NCBI GenBank assembly: GCA_018819265.1
Contig: JAHJQI010000085.1
Span: 11,302-75,301, forward strand
Direction: 5' to 3'
DNA length: 64,000 nt
DNA from: Alphaproteobacteria bacterium
GTDB lineage: Bacteria; Pseudomonadota; Alphaproteobacteria; Rhizobiales; Hyphomicrobiaceae
This document shows, in pieces, positions 1 to 9,474 of the stretch. Each line of letters starts with the position of its first letter. Within the stretch, counting starts at the first letter, position 1. Made by a program: the position numbers and the translations under genes. A model generated the notes under the pieces. That model was not told where the DNA came from, did no database searches, and saw only the letters and a list, made by a program, of their open reading frames with translations.

Positions 1-1210
1 CGTCGACAAGCTTGGCCGCCACGTCGTCCTTGCTCATTTCCGGCCAGTCGACGTGGCCGTCGCCGGTCACGAGATGGACGCTGTTGCGGTCCCCGCCCAT
101 CACGCCCTTCGTCGCGGAGACGTCGTTTGCCACGATCAGGTCGCAGCCCTTGGCGGCGAGTTTCGCCTGCGCATGCGCCAGCACGTTTTCTGTTTCCGCG
201 GCAAAGCCGACGACGAGGCGGGGGCGCCCGGACTTGAGCGTTGCAACTGTCTTCAGGATATCCGGGTTCGCCACCAGATTGAGAGCCGGCGCAGGTGCCC
301 CCTTCTCCTTCTTGATCTTCTGTCGGCCCTGTTCGGCAACGCGCCAGTCGGCGACGGCTGCGCAGAACACCGCGATGTCGGCCGGCAGTGCTCCAGCGAC
401 GGCTGCCAGCATTTCAGCCGCCGTTTCGACATGCCACGTCTCGACTCCTCGCGGATCGGGGAGGTTGACTGGCCCGCTGATCAGCGTCACGCGGGCCCCC
501 GCGCGCGCTGCCGAGATGGCAATCGCATGGCCCTGCTTGCCTGACGAACGATTGGCGATGTAGCGCACCGGATCGATCGGCTCATGCGTCGGCCCGCTGG
601 TGACGATGACGTGCCTCCCCGACAACGGACCGTTCGCCGCCGCACCGCCTGCGCTCATTCCCGGCATTGCTTCCAGCGCGGCGATCAGCTCGGCGGTTTC
701 CACAAGGCGTCCCGGCCCGGCTTCGCCGCGCTCGGCCATCTCGCCGGTTTCGGGGCCGACGAAGGCAATCCCGTCGGCTCGGAGCTGTTCCACGTTGCGT
801 TGCGTCGACTTGTTGAGCCACATGCGCGGGTTCATTGCCGGCGCCAGCAGCGGCGCCTTGTCGGAGGCAAGCAGCACCGACGTCGCGAGGTCGTTGGCGT
901 GTCCGCCGGCTATTTTTGCGATGAGATCGGCAGTCGCCGGTGCGACAATGATGGCGTCGGCCTCGCGGCTGAGACGGATGTGGCCGATTTCTCGCTCGTC
1001 GTCGAGGTCGAATAGATCGGTGAAGACACGCTCGTTGGTCAGTGCCGAAACCGACAGCGGCGTTATGAATTGCTGCGCCGCCGGCGTCATCACCACGCGC
1101 ACTCCCGCGCCCCGTTCCCGCAGGCGGCGGATCAGGTCGAGACACTTGTAGGCGGCGATTCCGCCGCCGATTATCAATAAAATCCGCTTGTTCTTCACGA
1201 AAGCTTCCAT
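1..1210 (-). CDS. coaBC: Bifunctional phosphopantothenoylcysteine decarboxylase/phosphopantothenate-cysteine ligase (3' end runs off the window)
   Basis: Manual minus-strand translation gives KRILLIIGGGIAAYK, APAMNPRMW, TSGPTHEPIDPVRYIANRSSGKQG and VGFAAET. It is absent from the ORF track because there is no stop in the window. The start could be ATG 1228, ATG 1210 or GTG 1198. Confidence 0.95.
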   Translation of the reverse strand, partial: MEAFVKNKRILLIIGGGIAAYKCLDLIRRLRERGAGVRVVMTPAAQQFITPLSVSALTNERVFTDLFDLDDEREIGHIRLSREADAIIVAPATADLIAKIAGGHANDLATSVLLASDKAPLLAPAMNPRMWLNKSTQRNVEQLRADGIAFVGPETGEMAERGEAGPGRLVETAELIAALEAMPGMSAGGAAANGPLSGRHVIVTSGPTHEPIDPVRYIANRSSGKQGHAIAISAARAGARVTLISGPVNLPDPRGVETWHVETAAEMLAAVAGALPADIAVFCAAVADWRVAEQGRQKIKKEKGAPAPALNLVANPDILKTVATLKSGRPRLVVGFAAETENVLAHAQAKLAAKGCDLIVANDVSATKGVMGGDRNSVHLVTGDGHVDWPEMSKDDVAAKLVD

Positions 1211-1524
1211 AAGGGCGGTGCCGGGCATCGCAGCCTTTTTTAGCATGCCCGGCCACCCTGAAGTGTTAAGCTCGCCGTGCCCAATTTAAGCTGCGTTAAC
1301 GCGTTAGGCATGACGCCGCGGCATTTGCGGTAGGCCGCATCCGCTTTGCCCGGCCGGCGCACCGGCCAAAGGGTGTCGCAATATGCTGAAAAGCCCCAGT
1401 GTTCTGAAGCGGATGCTTGATTCCCGGAGAAGGTCGTCAAGCGACCGTGAATCCAGAACAGTATCAAACAATTGGCCTGAGGTTGCGGGCTGACGCTTAG
1501 GTACTAAAGGCATAGGGCGAGAGG

Positions 1525-2181
1525 TTGCCATTGAGAAAAATCATCCAGCACGTCGGGCGCTTCGGCGCACTCCTGGCACTCGCGCTTGCCATCGGCACAG
1601 CGATGCCGGTCACGGCCGACACCCAGCAGGATTGCTTCGGGACGCAAGGTATTAACCGTATCGAGGCATGCACCAGGCTGCTCGAATTGCCCTTGCCGCC
1701 GGCCGAACGCAGCTACGCCTTCGCCATGCGCGCGCTCGCCTACTCGTTGCAGGGCCGCTATGAGCTTGCCATCACCGATTACGATGCCGCGATCGAGATC
1801 GCACCGGACTTTGCCATTGCATTGAATAACCGTGCCTGGGCCTACTACAAGTCAGGCGGTATCGCGAACGCCGAGAAGGATGTGGCGCGTGCGCTGGAAT
1901 TGAATCCGGACAGCCCGCACGCGCTCGATACCCGCGCCCATGTCCGTCAAGCCAGAGGCGACCTTCCGGGGGCGCTGGCCGACTATGAAGCTGCCATGCG
2001 CTTTGGTGGCGCGCGCATGGTCAAGCTCTACCAGTGCGGATTGCAGGCCGCTGGCCTGTTTGACGGCGCGCTCAGCGGCGTTCAGTCCGAGAAGCTTCGC
2101 GGTGCCTTGGAGACGTGCGTCAGGAATCCAGGCTGCGACCCGCTGCCAGCCGACGAGGAGTGCCGCAAGCTGACCTCGTGA
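1525..2181 (+). CDS. Exported TPR-repeat protein
   Basis: Hydrophobic signal-like N-terminus, then TPR units (AFAMRALAYSLQGRYELAITDYDAAIEIAP; ALNNRAWAYY; ALDTRAHVRQARGD). Confidence 0.8.
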   Translation: MPLRKIIQHVGRFGALLALALAIGTAMPVTADTQQDCFGTQGINRIEACTRLLELPLPPAERSYAFAMRALAYSLQGRYELAITDYDAAIEIAPDFAIALNNRAWAYYKSGGIANAEKDVARALELNPDSPHALDTRAHVRQARGDLPGALADYEAAMRFGGARMVKLYQCGLQAAGLFDGALSGVQSEKLRGALETCVRNPGCDPLPADEECRKLTS

Positions 2182-2206
2182 GGGGCACCAGGAACGTGAG
2201 GCAGCC

Positions 2207-3190
2207 CTAAGCTGCCGTGCCTTGCTGCTGCGATGCCTTTTCCCCGATCGATAAAAGCACCTGCCTGACAGCGGCTTCGACGCTGAGGCCGGTGGTGTCG
2301 ACGACGGCGTCTGCCAATTCGTAAAGCGGCGTACGCTCGGCGAGTGCGGCTTCAAGCTGGTCATGCACCTCGGTCGCGTAGGCATCGTTGCCTTCGAACG
2401 CTTCTTCGCCCCAGCCTTCGCTGGAAGCTTCGTGCGAGCCGCGCACCCAGATCACATGGCACCCTGCCAAAAGCAGGTCGTAGGTGTCACGGGCAAGCAC
2501 GATGCCGCCGCCGGTATTGATGATGCCGCGCGGCAGCGAGTTGAGGACGTTGCCGAGGCATTCGTGCTGCAGCCTGCGGAAGACGTCGGCACCGTGTACG
2601 GCGAACACTTCCGCGACCTCGATGCCGCTGGCCCGCTCGACCTCCCGGTCGAGATCGACGGTCGGGACACCGAGCGCCTTCGACAAAGCGGAAGCGAGCG
2701 TTGCCTTGCCGGCCCCACGCATGCCGACCAGGGCAATCCGGGCAGCCGACGTCGGCGGTTTGCGGCCGAACCGGCCGACCAGCAGCTGACGAGCTTCGGC
2801 GGCCTGCGTCGCACCGAGGTTTTCGAGGTGCTGGATTGCGAGCGTCTTGTCGATCGGCCTGTCGTCTTCGTCGATGGTGATCTCGTGCACCCGCGAGCCG
2901 AGAGCTTCCGCGATGCTTCGCAACACCAGCAGCGAGGCATTTCCAGACCCCCGTTCGAGTTCTGCCAGATAGCGCTCGGAAACACCCGAGGCCTGCGACA
3001 GAGCCTTCCGCGACATGCCCATTTGAAGGCGCATCAGGCGCACGCGCTCGCCCACGAGACGCAGGTACGCCTCGTCCCCGGGTTCGCTGCCCCTGCGCGG
3101 CTCGCTGCCAATTCCATTTGTCGGTTTTGCCATTCCCATTCCAATCGGGTAGGAGGCCAGGACAACTCGCGGTCGCCTGGCAGGCGGCAT
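2207..3190 (-). CDS. XRE-family HTH fused to a shikimate-kinase-like domain (BzdR/BoxR-type regulator)
   Basis: HTH region RLQMGMSRKALSQASGVSERYLAELERGSGNASL, then IALVGMRGAGKATL (P-loop), VDLDREVE, INTGGGIV and ERTPLYELADAVVDTT. Confidence 0.85.
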   Translation of the reverse strand: MPPARRPRVVLASYPIGMGMAKPTNGIGSEPRRGSEPGDEAYLRLVGERVRLMRLQMGMSRKALSQASGVSERYLAELERGSGNASLLVLRSIAEALGSRVHEITIDEDDRPIDKTLAIQHLENLGATQAAEARQLLVGRFGRKPPTSAARIALVGMRGAGKATLASALSKALGVPTVDLDREVERASGIEVAEVFAVHGADVFRRLQHECLGNVLNSLPRGIINTGGGIVLARDTYDLLLAGCHVIWVRGSHEASSEGWGEEAFEGNDAYATEVHDQLEAALAERTPLYELADAVVDTTGLSVEAAVRQVLLSIGEKASQQQGTAA

Positions 3191-3262
3191 GAAGAAAACC
3201 CAATCGAGCGGAGTGCTCGACAGATCCCGCTATTAGGCGCAGTTTACACCGGAATTACGTTT

Positions 3263-3306
3263 TGCACACTGCGGTGCAGCAGAATATTTTTGCAGCGCAC
3301 TATGCA
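3263..3306. promoter_or_regulatory. Two TGCA-N8-TGCA sites, candidate operator of the BzdR/BoxR-like regulator
   Basis: TGCAcactgcggTGCA (3263-3278) and TGCAgcgcactaTGCA (3291-3306) lie in the divergent intergenic region. BzdR/BoxR are known to bind TGCA-containing repeats. Confidence 0.45.
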
Positions 3307-3511
3307 TCTGGCGCATAACCCGGCTAAGTCCCGGCTGAGTTGGGTCGTATATGGTGAAACGAAGCGCCTTGCGATGCTGAAAAGTGCGCGCAATACGCCC
3401 GTACCGCATGCGTCAGATTGCCTCGCTGCCCGATAATATTCGCGCTTGCGAGAAGGGCCCTGGAGCGCGCTCGCGGCTATCCGGGCCCTGTGCCTGTCGG
3501 GAGGAACCTGA

Positions 3512-4291
3512 ATGCGTCAAAACCTTGCCAGGGCGAAGCTGATCGATGGCCAGCCAGTCGTGAACGGCTGGTGCTCGCTGCCGTGTGCGTATTCGGCCGA
3601 AGTTATGGCGCATCAAGGCTACGACACCCTGACGATCGACATGCAGCATGGCGCCATCGGCTATGAGTCCGCAGTTGCCATTCTGCGGGCGATTTCGACG
3701 ACGCCGACGGTGCCGTTTGCCCGGGTGCCCTGGCATGATCCGGGACTGATGATGAAGCTGTTGGATGCCGGCGCTTACGGCCTGATCTGCCCGATGGTCA
3801 ACAACGCCGCGATCGCTGAACAATTCGTCGCCGCCTGCCGCTACCCGCCGCGCGGGTTCCGCTCGTTCGGGCCGAACCGGGCGACGCTCTACTCGGCCGC
3901 TGGATCGAGCGCGGCCTACGCTGCGGCAGCCGACCATGAGATCCTGCTTTTTGCCATGATCGAAACCCGCGACGGGTTTGCCAATCTCGAAGAGATCCTA
4001 GGCGTGCCCGGGCTCGACGGCGTCTACATCGGTCCCGGAGACCTCTCGCTGGCGCTCGGAGCGCCGCCTTCGATGGCGCCCAGTGAACCGAGCGTTGTTG
4101 CGGCGATCGCGTCGGTGCTGCAGGCCGCCAAACGTCATGGCCGCTTCGCCGCCGTCCACACCGACGGCCCGGCCACCGCTCGTGACCGCTTCCGCGAAGG
4201 CTTCGGGCTGTGCACGCTGCAAGGTGATGTCCGCCTCCTCGCCGACGCTGCCAGGAAGCAGGTCGAAGAGACTCGAGCGATGAGCAGGTGA
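3512..4291 (+). CDS. HpcH/HpaI class II aldolase family protein
   Basis: IDMQHG, ARVPWHDPGLMMKLLDAGAYGLICPMVN, AMIET and GVYIGPGDLSLALG motifs. Confidence 0.9.
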   Translation: MRQNLARAKLIDGQPVVNGWCSLPCAYSAEVMAHQGYDTLTIDMQHGAIGYESAVAILRAISTTPTVPFARVPWHDPGLMMKLLDAGAYGLICPMVNNAAIAEQFVAACRYPPRGFRSFGPNRATLYSAAGSSAAYAAAADHEILLFAMIETRDGFANLEEILGVPGLDGVYIGPGDLSLALGAPPSMAPSEPSVVAAIASVLQAAKRHGRFAAVHTDGPATARDRFREGFGLCTLQGDVRLLADAARKQVEETRAMSR

Positions 4292-4428
4292 TGTACGCTC
4301 CGGCCTGAGGAAGGCCGCGCGCCCGGCGCGTTGTCAATCGACATCTCCGTCTCCACTGCGCTACAGCAATTGCAAGTGACGCAGATTGACTGTGGGCCGG
4401 CTGCCGGTCCCCGCCGAGGAGCCCGCCG

Positions 4429-6486
4429 ATGACCCTTTCCCCGCTGGAGGCAGAAGGCGGTCCAATCACCGGTCCGCAACCCACGCCCCGGCCCCGGCCA
4501 TGGGCGGCGGCCTTTACCATTGTCTGCGCCGCGCTGTTGACCCTCGCACTGCCGCTTGCCGCCCCGACGCTGAACGCCGTCGGCGTCGCCGGAATTCCTC
4601 TCGGATACTATTTCGCCGCCCAGGGCGCGCTGGTTCTTGTAGCGCTTTTGGGCTTGTGGCTGTCGGGCCCGTGGCGGGACTGGTCGCACCGGGAGCGGCT
4701 CGGCGCCTTCGCCGCGTCGTTTTCGGCAACCGGCAGCTGGCTGTCGGCAGGTGTCGTGCTGACGATCGTCGGCGGCCTGTTCGTCTACGGTCACGATGGC
4801 TTGCCACTCCTGCTGGGGCTGGCGGCCGGCCTGCTGGTGTCGCTGGTCTTTGTCGCCCCGGCCCTCGACCGGGCGGGCGCACTCCACGTCGACGATCTCC
4901 TGGCCCGGCTGACCGCCAGCACCTATGCCGCCGCCGCCGCCGGTCTCGGAATGGCGGCTGGACTGGTCATGTTGCTGTCGATCGAGCTTGAGGCCTTTGC
5001 ATTGGCCATCGCCGCGGCCGGGGCGGCCCCGATGCTGGCGCCGCCGATGGTCATCGGCCTTGCCGCGGCGCTGGCGATCCTGCTGTCGTTCGCGCCCGGA
5101 CGCCGCCTTCGTGCGACGGTTATAGCGATGGCGCTGCTTGTGACTGCGGCCGGTATCTGGTTCACGGTTTGGGCGCTTGCCGGAAAGGCTCCGGGCGCGC
5201 TGATCCCGCAGTTGGCGTTTGGCGGCGCCCTCGGCGACCTGACCCGCGTTGAACGCTCTCTGCTCACCGAAGGCTTGGCCGACCCCGTCAGCATGCCGCC
5301 GTTTTCGCGGCCTTTCGTGCAGGTATCGTGGATCAACTTCGCCTGCTTGACGTTCTCCATGCTGCTCGGCTCGAGCGTCCTGCCGCACATGCTCTGGCGC
5401 CGAAAGGCAGCGGCCCGCCCGCCGGGCAGTGCGGCTGGCGCGCCCCCAGGTGTTTTCTATCCCTCCCGCCACAAGGCCGCATTCGGACTTGTCGTGGCCG
5501 CATCGGTGCTCAGCGCGTTGCCCGCCGCGGCCATCTTCGCCAAGCTTCAACTCTATAGATCCGTTGCTGCGGGGATCACCGTGGACGCCCAGCCGGACTG
5601 GATGCGCGATGCTGCCCAGGCGGGGTATCTGCGAATTTGCCCCGCAGTCTTCGCGGCGGTTGAACCTCCCGGCGCAGCAACGGCCACGGCCGACAGCCCC
5701 AACGCAGGCATGGCAAACGAACCCTGTGGCGATCCAGGTGGCAGGCTCCGCATTGTCGATCTCGCGATCAACCCGGCGACCGCCGTCCTGATGGCCCCGG
5801 GCCTTGCCGGGATCGAGGCTCCCTGGCCGGTCGTCTTTGCGGCGATCGCTTCCCTTCTCACACTGCTGGCGGCTGCCGCGACGCTGCGCATGGCGACAGA
5901 AGCAGCCACCGGATGGCTCTCGATCAAAACTTTGAACGAAGCCGCCAGGGGCCTCGCGGCTCCGGCTCCACTGATGCCGCGTATCGTCATTGCGGTTCTG
6001 CTTGCCGCGCTCGCGGCAGCTGGTGTCATTATTCTCAACGAGTCGGCGGTGAACCGCCTTTACTGGGCGTTCTCCCTGCTCGGCGCGTCGGTATTCCCGA
6101 TGGTCTTGCTGGCGGCACTGATGCCGCGGGTTCACGGCGGCGCGCTGGCACTGGGGGGCCTGACGGGCCTCGCGGTCTGTCTCTATTACGTCATCGGCAC
6201 GACAAGCGTTTTCGCACCGCATTTCGCTCTTTATTGGTCGGCGATTTCCGATGCCCCGCCGTGGTTGCTCGAAGAGCTGGAGGTACTGTTGAAGACCTGC
6301 GCGGCCGGCGGCGAAGCCTCGGCGGAGGCTTGCGAGGGCGCGATAACGCACGGTCGCGAACTCGCGAACTGGTTCGGTATCGATGGTCGCGCCGGCGCCG
6401 CGATAGGTGCGCCTGTCGGCCTGCTCACGGCGCTTTTCGCCGCAATGCTGCTTCCCAAAACAGCGAGCGGCTCTGCCGGGCACTGA
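4429..6486 (+). CDS. Divergent sodium:solute symporter (ActP/VC_2705-like) with an N-terminal DUF4212-like small-subunit segment
   Basis: GIPLGYYFAAQGALVLV resembles DUF4212. SWLSAG...GHDGLPLLLGLAAGLLVSLVFVAPAL, GSSVLPHML and WAFSLLGASVFP resemble SSS proteins. There are many TM helices. Confidence 0.7.
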   Translation: MTLSPLEAEGGPITGPQPTPRPRPWAAAFTIVCAALLTLALPLAAPTLNAVGVAGIPLGYYFAAQGALVLVALLGLWLSGPWRDWSHRERLGAFAASFSATGSWLSAGVVLTIVGGLFVYGHDGLPLLLGLAAGLLVSLVFVAPALDRAGALHVDDLLARLTASTYAAAAAGLGMAAGLVMLLSIELEAFALAIAAAGAAPMLAPPMVIGLAAALAILLSFAPGRRLRATVIAMALLVTAAGIWFTVWALAGKAPGALIPQLAFGGALGDLTRVERSLLTEGLADPVSMPPFSRPFVQVSWINFACLTFSMLLGSSVLPHMLWRRKAAARPPGSAAGAPPGVFYPSRHKAAFGLVVAASVLSALPAAAIFAKLQLYRSVAAGITVDAQPDWMRDAAQAGYLRICPAVFAAVEPPGAATATADSPNAGMANEPCGDPGGRLRIVDLAINPATAVLMAPGLAGIEAPWPVVFAAIASLLTLLAAAATLRMATEAATGWLSIKTLNEAARGLAAPAPLMPRIVIAVLLAALAAAGVIILNESAVNRLYWAFSLLGASVFPMVLLAALMPRVHGGALALGGLTGLAVCLYYVIGTTSVFAPHFALYWSAISDAPPWLLEELEVLLKTCAAGGEASAEACEGAITHGRELANWFGIDGRAGAAIGAPVGLLTALFAAMLLPKTASGSAGH

Positions 6487-6705
6487 CCGGCAAGTGGGCG
6501 AACGGCCGAGCCTGAGTGCATCCGACTCCCCCACGCCAAGAAGTTTGCATGAGCAACTTGTCGCAGATGCGTGAAAATTACGTCCCAATGCTTTGAATAT
6601 ATTTTCAAATCACTTCGAGAACCTGCGCAATAAGTCTTGGTTGCGACAACTTGCTTTTGAATTCTGCTCTGCATCGGCTCCTGGATTAGTCGCGAGACTG
6701 TCGTA

Positions 6706-6720
6706 TTAACCATGATTCAA
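6706..6720. promoter_or_regulatory. CtrA-like box (TTAA-N7-TCAA, containing TTAACCAT)
   Basis: TTAAccatgatTCAA is one mismatch from TTAA-N7-TTAA and lies upstream of a cell-wall peptidase. Confidence 0.35.
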
Positions 6721-6770
6721 AGAGACCGTTTATTTCTTAATTTTTTTCTATAGGCGTCCGGGAAATTAAT

Positions 6771-6805
6771 TGTCCGAATTTGCCTAATTCGGACATGTCC
6801 GAAAT
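6771..6805. promoter_or_regulatory. Overlapping palindromes, candidate operator
   Basis: TGTCCGAATT-tgcct-AATTCGGACA followed directly by TGTCCGAAAT. This creates the perfect 14-bp palindrome TCGGACATGTCCGA (6789-6802). Confidence 0.4.
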
Positions 6806-6878
6806 GGGCGACGGAATGCCGGAATAAATTCGTAGAATTCGGCGTTCTCCGGGCCATAGGCATCGAGGGAAAATCGTA

Positions 6879-7643
6879 ATGCGTATCGTTTCGATGAAAC
6901 GGGGCGGCTTGGCGCGCCTGCCGACTGGCGCAAATGTGCCATGGAACATGGCGCTTGCCCTTCTGGTCGCAGTCTTTGCCGGGACCACGGCCGGCGCGGG
7001 CGGACACGCACTCGCCGGTTACTCCACGGCCCAGGCGAAGATGGCGGGGCACTATGAGTCGCTCTCCACGGCGCCCGCCGCAATAAAGAAGAGATACGAT
7101 CGGTCCGGAAACTCGGCGACCCGCAGCTATAAAAAATCGAGCAGCAGGAAGACCTATAAAAAGAACCGGGCAGGCAAACACCGCTACGGCAGCAAGAAAA
7201 GCCCCGGAAAATCGGCGTCATATCGCAAATCGAATTCCGGGAATAAGTCGGCCGGCTACAAAGCCAAGAAGAACTACACGAAAGTCGCAGCACTTTCCCC
7301 GGCCCATGTGCCGCAGCCGCAAAAGAGCCTGTCAGGCGGCAGTGTCCGCTGGGCGGCATCGTCAGGCTGCCTGAACGGCACTTTGAAGTCGGTCGTCTAC
7401 CAGGTTGCCGCAAAATTCGGTCCGGTCACCGTCTCCTCCACCTGCCGCAGCAAGTCTCGCAATGCCCGGGTCGGCGGAGCGAGAAAATCGCAGCATCTGC
7501 ACGGCAATGCCGTCGACTTCCGCGTGCATTCGAACCATCGCTCGGCCTACGCCTACCTCAAGAGCCACGGTTCGGTCGGCGGCTATAAGCATTACGGCGG
7601 CGGCCTCTTCCACATCGATACGGGTGCCCGCCGCACCTGGTGA
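6879..7643 (+). CDS. Peptidase M15 (D-Ala-D-Ala carboxypeptidase-like) with a Lys/Ser-rich basic N-terminal region
   Basis: C-terminal STCRS...RVGGARKSQHLHGNAVDF...FHIDTG zinc motif. The true start may be somewhat downstream. Confidence 0.85.
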   Translation: MRIVSMKRGGLARLPTGANVPWNMALALLVAVFAGTTAGAGGHALAGYSTAQAKMAGHYESLSTAPAAIKKRYDRSGNSATRSYKKSSSRKTYKKNRAGKHRYGSKKSPGKSASYRKSNSGNKSAGYKAKKNYTKVAALSPAHVPQPQKSLSGGSVRWAASSGCLNGTLKSVVYQVAAKFGPVTVSSTCRSKSRNARVGGARKSQHLHGNAVDFRVHSNHRSAYAYLKSHGSVGGYKHYGGGLFHIDTGARRTW

Positions 7644-7740
7644 ACGCGTCGAAGTTTGCGAACGCCAGAAGAAACCCCCGTCGGGTACCTGCCTGATTGC
7701 CGGTGCCCGTCGGTGCAAGTCCCGCAATCGATGCGACAGG

Positions 7741-9234
7741 CTATTCGCTCTTGCCGGGTGCGACGTTCGCATCTGACGGCTTCGCGATCCAGCCGGCAAA
7801 TGCTGCTTCCAGTCTCTCGCCGTTTTTGGCCCACCATCCCTCGTCGACGGACAGGGCGGTTTTCAGATTGACCGGCGCCGTCGGAAGATACGCTTCGAGA
7901 TCGAGGCCGGCGGAAAGATGTCGCTTCGTCAGCGCCAGCGCCGAGGTTCGCGTGGGACCGTAGGGAAATCTCTGCGCAACGGCGGCGAGCTGTTGTGGCT
8001 CGGTTGCGAAATCGAGGAACGCGCGCGCCAGTTCCTGCCTCGGGCTTTTCGACGGTATGGCCCAGTAGGTCATCGCATAGATCTGTCCATCCCAGATGAT
8101 CTCGATTTTCGCGCCGCGGGCTGCCGCGAAGAAGGCCCGGCCGCTGAACGACTGCGCGATAACCGCGTCGCCTTTGGCCACCGCTTCCATCGCGGCCTGG
8201 CTGTCGCCGACCCATAGGATGTCGTCGCGAATGCTTGCCAGTTTTGCGAACGCGCGCTGCAGGCCGTCCTCGCTCCCCAGAAGATCATAGACTTGCGCGG
8301 GCTCCGCGCCGTCCGCCATCAAGGCCACCTCCATCAGGAAACGCGGCTCCTTCATGAAGGCACGCTTGCCGGGGAAACGCTTCACGTCGAAGACGTCAGT
8401 CAGCGATTCGGGCTTGCTGTTTTCAAATGCCGACGGGTTGACGGCGAGAATGTGCGACCATGCGAACGCGCCGATGCCGCAAGGTTTCAGGCTTCCGGGG
8501 AGGAAGTCGCTTGTGATCGCGGGCGCTACGATGCTGTTGGTGCTGCCGTCCTCCAGCCTGAGGAGTTGCCCGGCCCGGCACCCCGCGTCGATTTCTTCGC
8601 CTGAGAATTCCGCGGCATCCGGCAGCAGGGAGCCTGAATCAGGCGTCAGGTCGATGGGATCCTTGCCGTTGCGCTCCACGACGTCGATGGAAATCGACCG
8701 CTTTGCCTTGAACCGCTCGATGACGACCGCGCGCTGTGCTTCCCCATAGCCGCCCGGCCACGTCGCGACCCTCAGCTTCGTCATGTCAGCCTCAGGCGCT
8801 CTCGCCGCCTTCTCAGGTTCCTTCGGGGCGGCTGGTTTTGCGGGCTCGGGCGCGGCCGGCGTTCGATCGGCATGCGCGGGCTCTGCCGGCTTTGCATCAC
8901 CTGTTGTCGCTGTCTCGCCGCTCGGATTGGCTTCGTCTGACTTCGCCGGAGCGGTGGCCTCGTCGCGAGGCGTAGCGCCCTCTGCTTTCGATTCGGTTTC
9001 GCCAGCGGGTTTGGCTTCGCTGGCCGGGCTCGTTTCCCGGACCGCATCCGCAGGCCGCGCATTTGGCCCGGCAGTTGCTTTTGCTTCAGCTTCCGCTGCC
9101 GGTTCCGGCGGGCTCGGCTGCGCGATTGCGCCAGCGGTCTGGAGTGCCGCTATACCGCAGGCCAGAAACAGGCCGATGCTAAAGGCGGTTGCTGGCGAGC
9201 AGCGCAAATTCGACGTGAAGTTGGATCGGCTCAT
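7741..9234 (-). CDS. PotD/PotF-like extracellular solute-binding protein with a long Pro/Ala/Glu linker
   Basis: LRVATWPGGYGEAQR, CGIGAFAWSH, FFDVKRFPGKRA-like segment, EVALMADG, IIWDGQIY and FLDFATEP motifs. The start is set at MSRSNF (ATG 9234). Confidence 0.8.
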   Translation of the reverse strand: MSRSNFTSNLRCSPATAFSIGLFLACGIAALQTAGAIAQPSPPEPAAEAEAKATAGPNARPADAVRETSPASEAKPAGETESKAEGATPRDEATAPAKSDEANPSGETATTGDAKPAEPAHADRTPAAPEPAKPAAPKEPEKAARAPEADMTKLRVATWPGGYGEAQRAVVIERFKAKRSISIDVVERNGKDPIDLTPDSGSLLPDAAEFSGEEIDAGCRAGQLLRLEDGSTNSIVAPAITSDFLPGSLKPCGIGAFAWSHILAVNPSAFENSKPESLTDVFDVKRFPGKRAFMKEPRFLMEVALMADGAEPAQVYDLLGSEDGLQRAFAKLASIRDDILWVGDSQAAMEAVAKGDAVIAQSFSGRAFFAAARGAKIEIIWDGQIYAMTYWAIPSKSPRQELARAFLDFATEPQQLAAVAQRFPYGPTRTSALALTKRHLSAGLDLEAYLPTAPVNLKTALSVDEGWWAKNGERLEAAFAGWIAKPSDANVAPGKSE

Positions 9235-9474
9235 CGAAACCTCCAGGCTATGCGGACCGGAACCTGCGACCGGCGACGACAAGGAGTACGTCCGCCACTC
9301 TATGGACGACGAACGCGCTCCAGGAAATGGCGCACGGCGTTGTATCACGATCAATTCGACGGAAAACAGGCAGCGGCCATGACGAGCTTGGAAAGCGTCG
9401 ATCTTTGGGGAGGAAATCGCCAGGCCCTGATCCGGCCGGGAAGCCAGCTTGGCCGGCTTCGCAACCCGTGAGGC

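Noticed and set aside
1264-1310. CtrA box upstream of coaBC/TPR
   Set aside because: The spacing is TTAA-N6-TTAA, not N7; weak.
4135-6588. Long antisense/alternate-frame ORFs (also 27614-29020, 33931-36459, 37222-39342, 45226-46923, 48954-50477 and others)
   Set aside because: They are shadows of high-GC coding genes on the opposite strand or frame, with no recognisable motifs.
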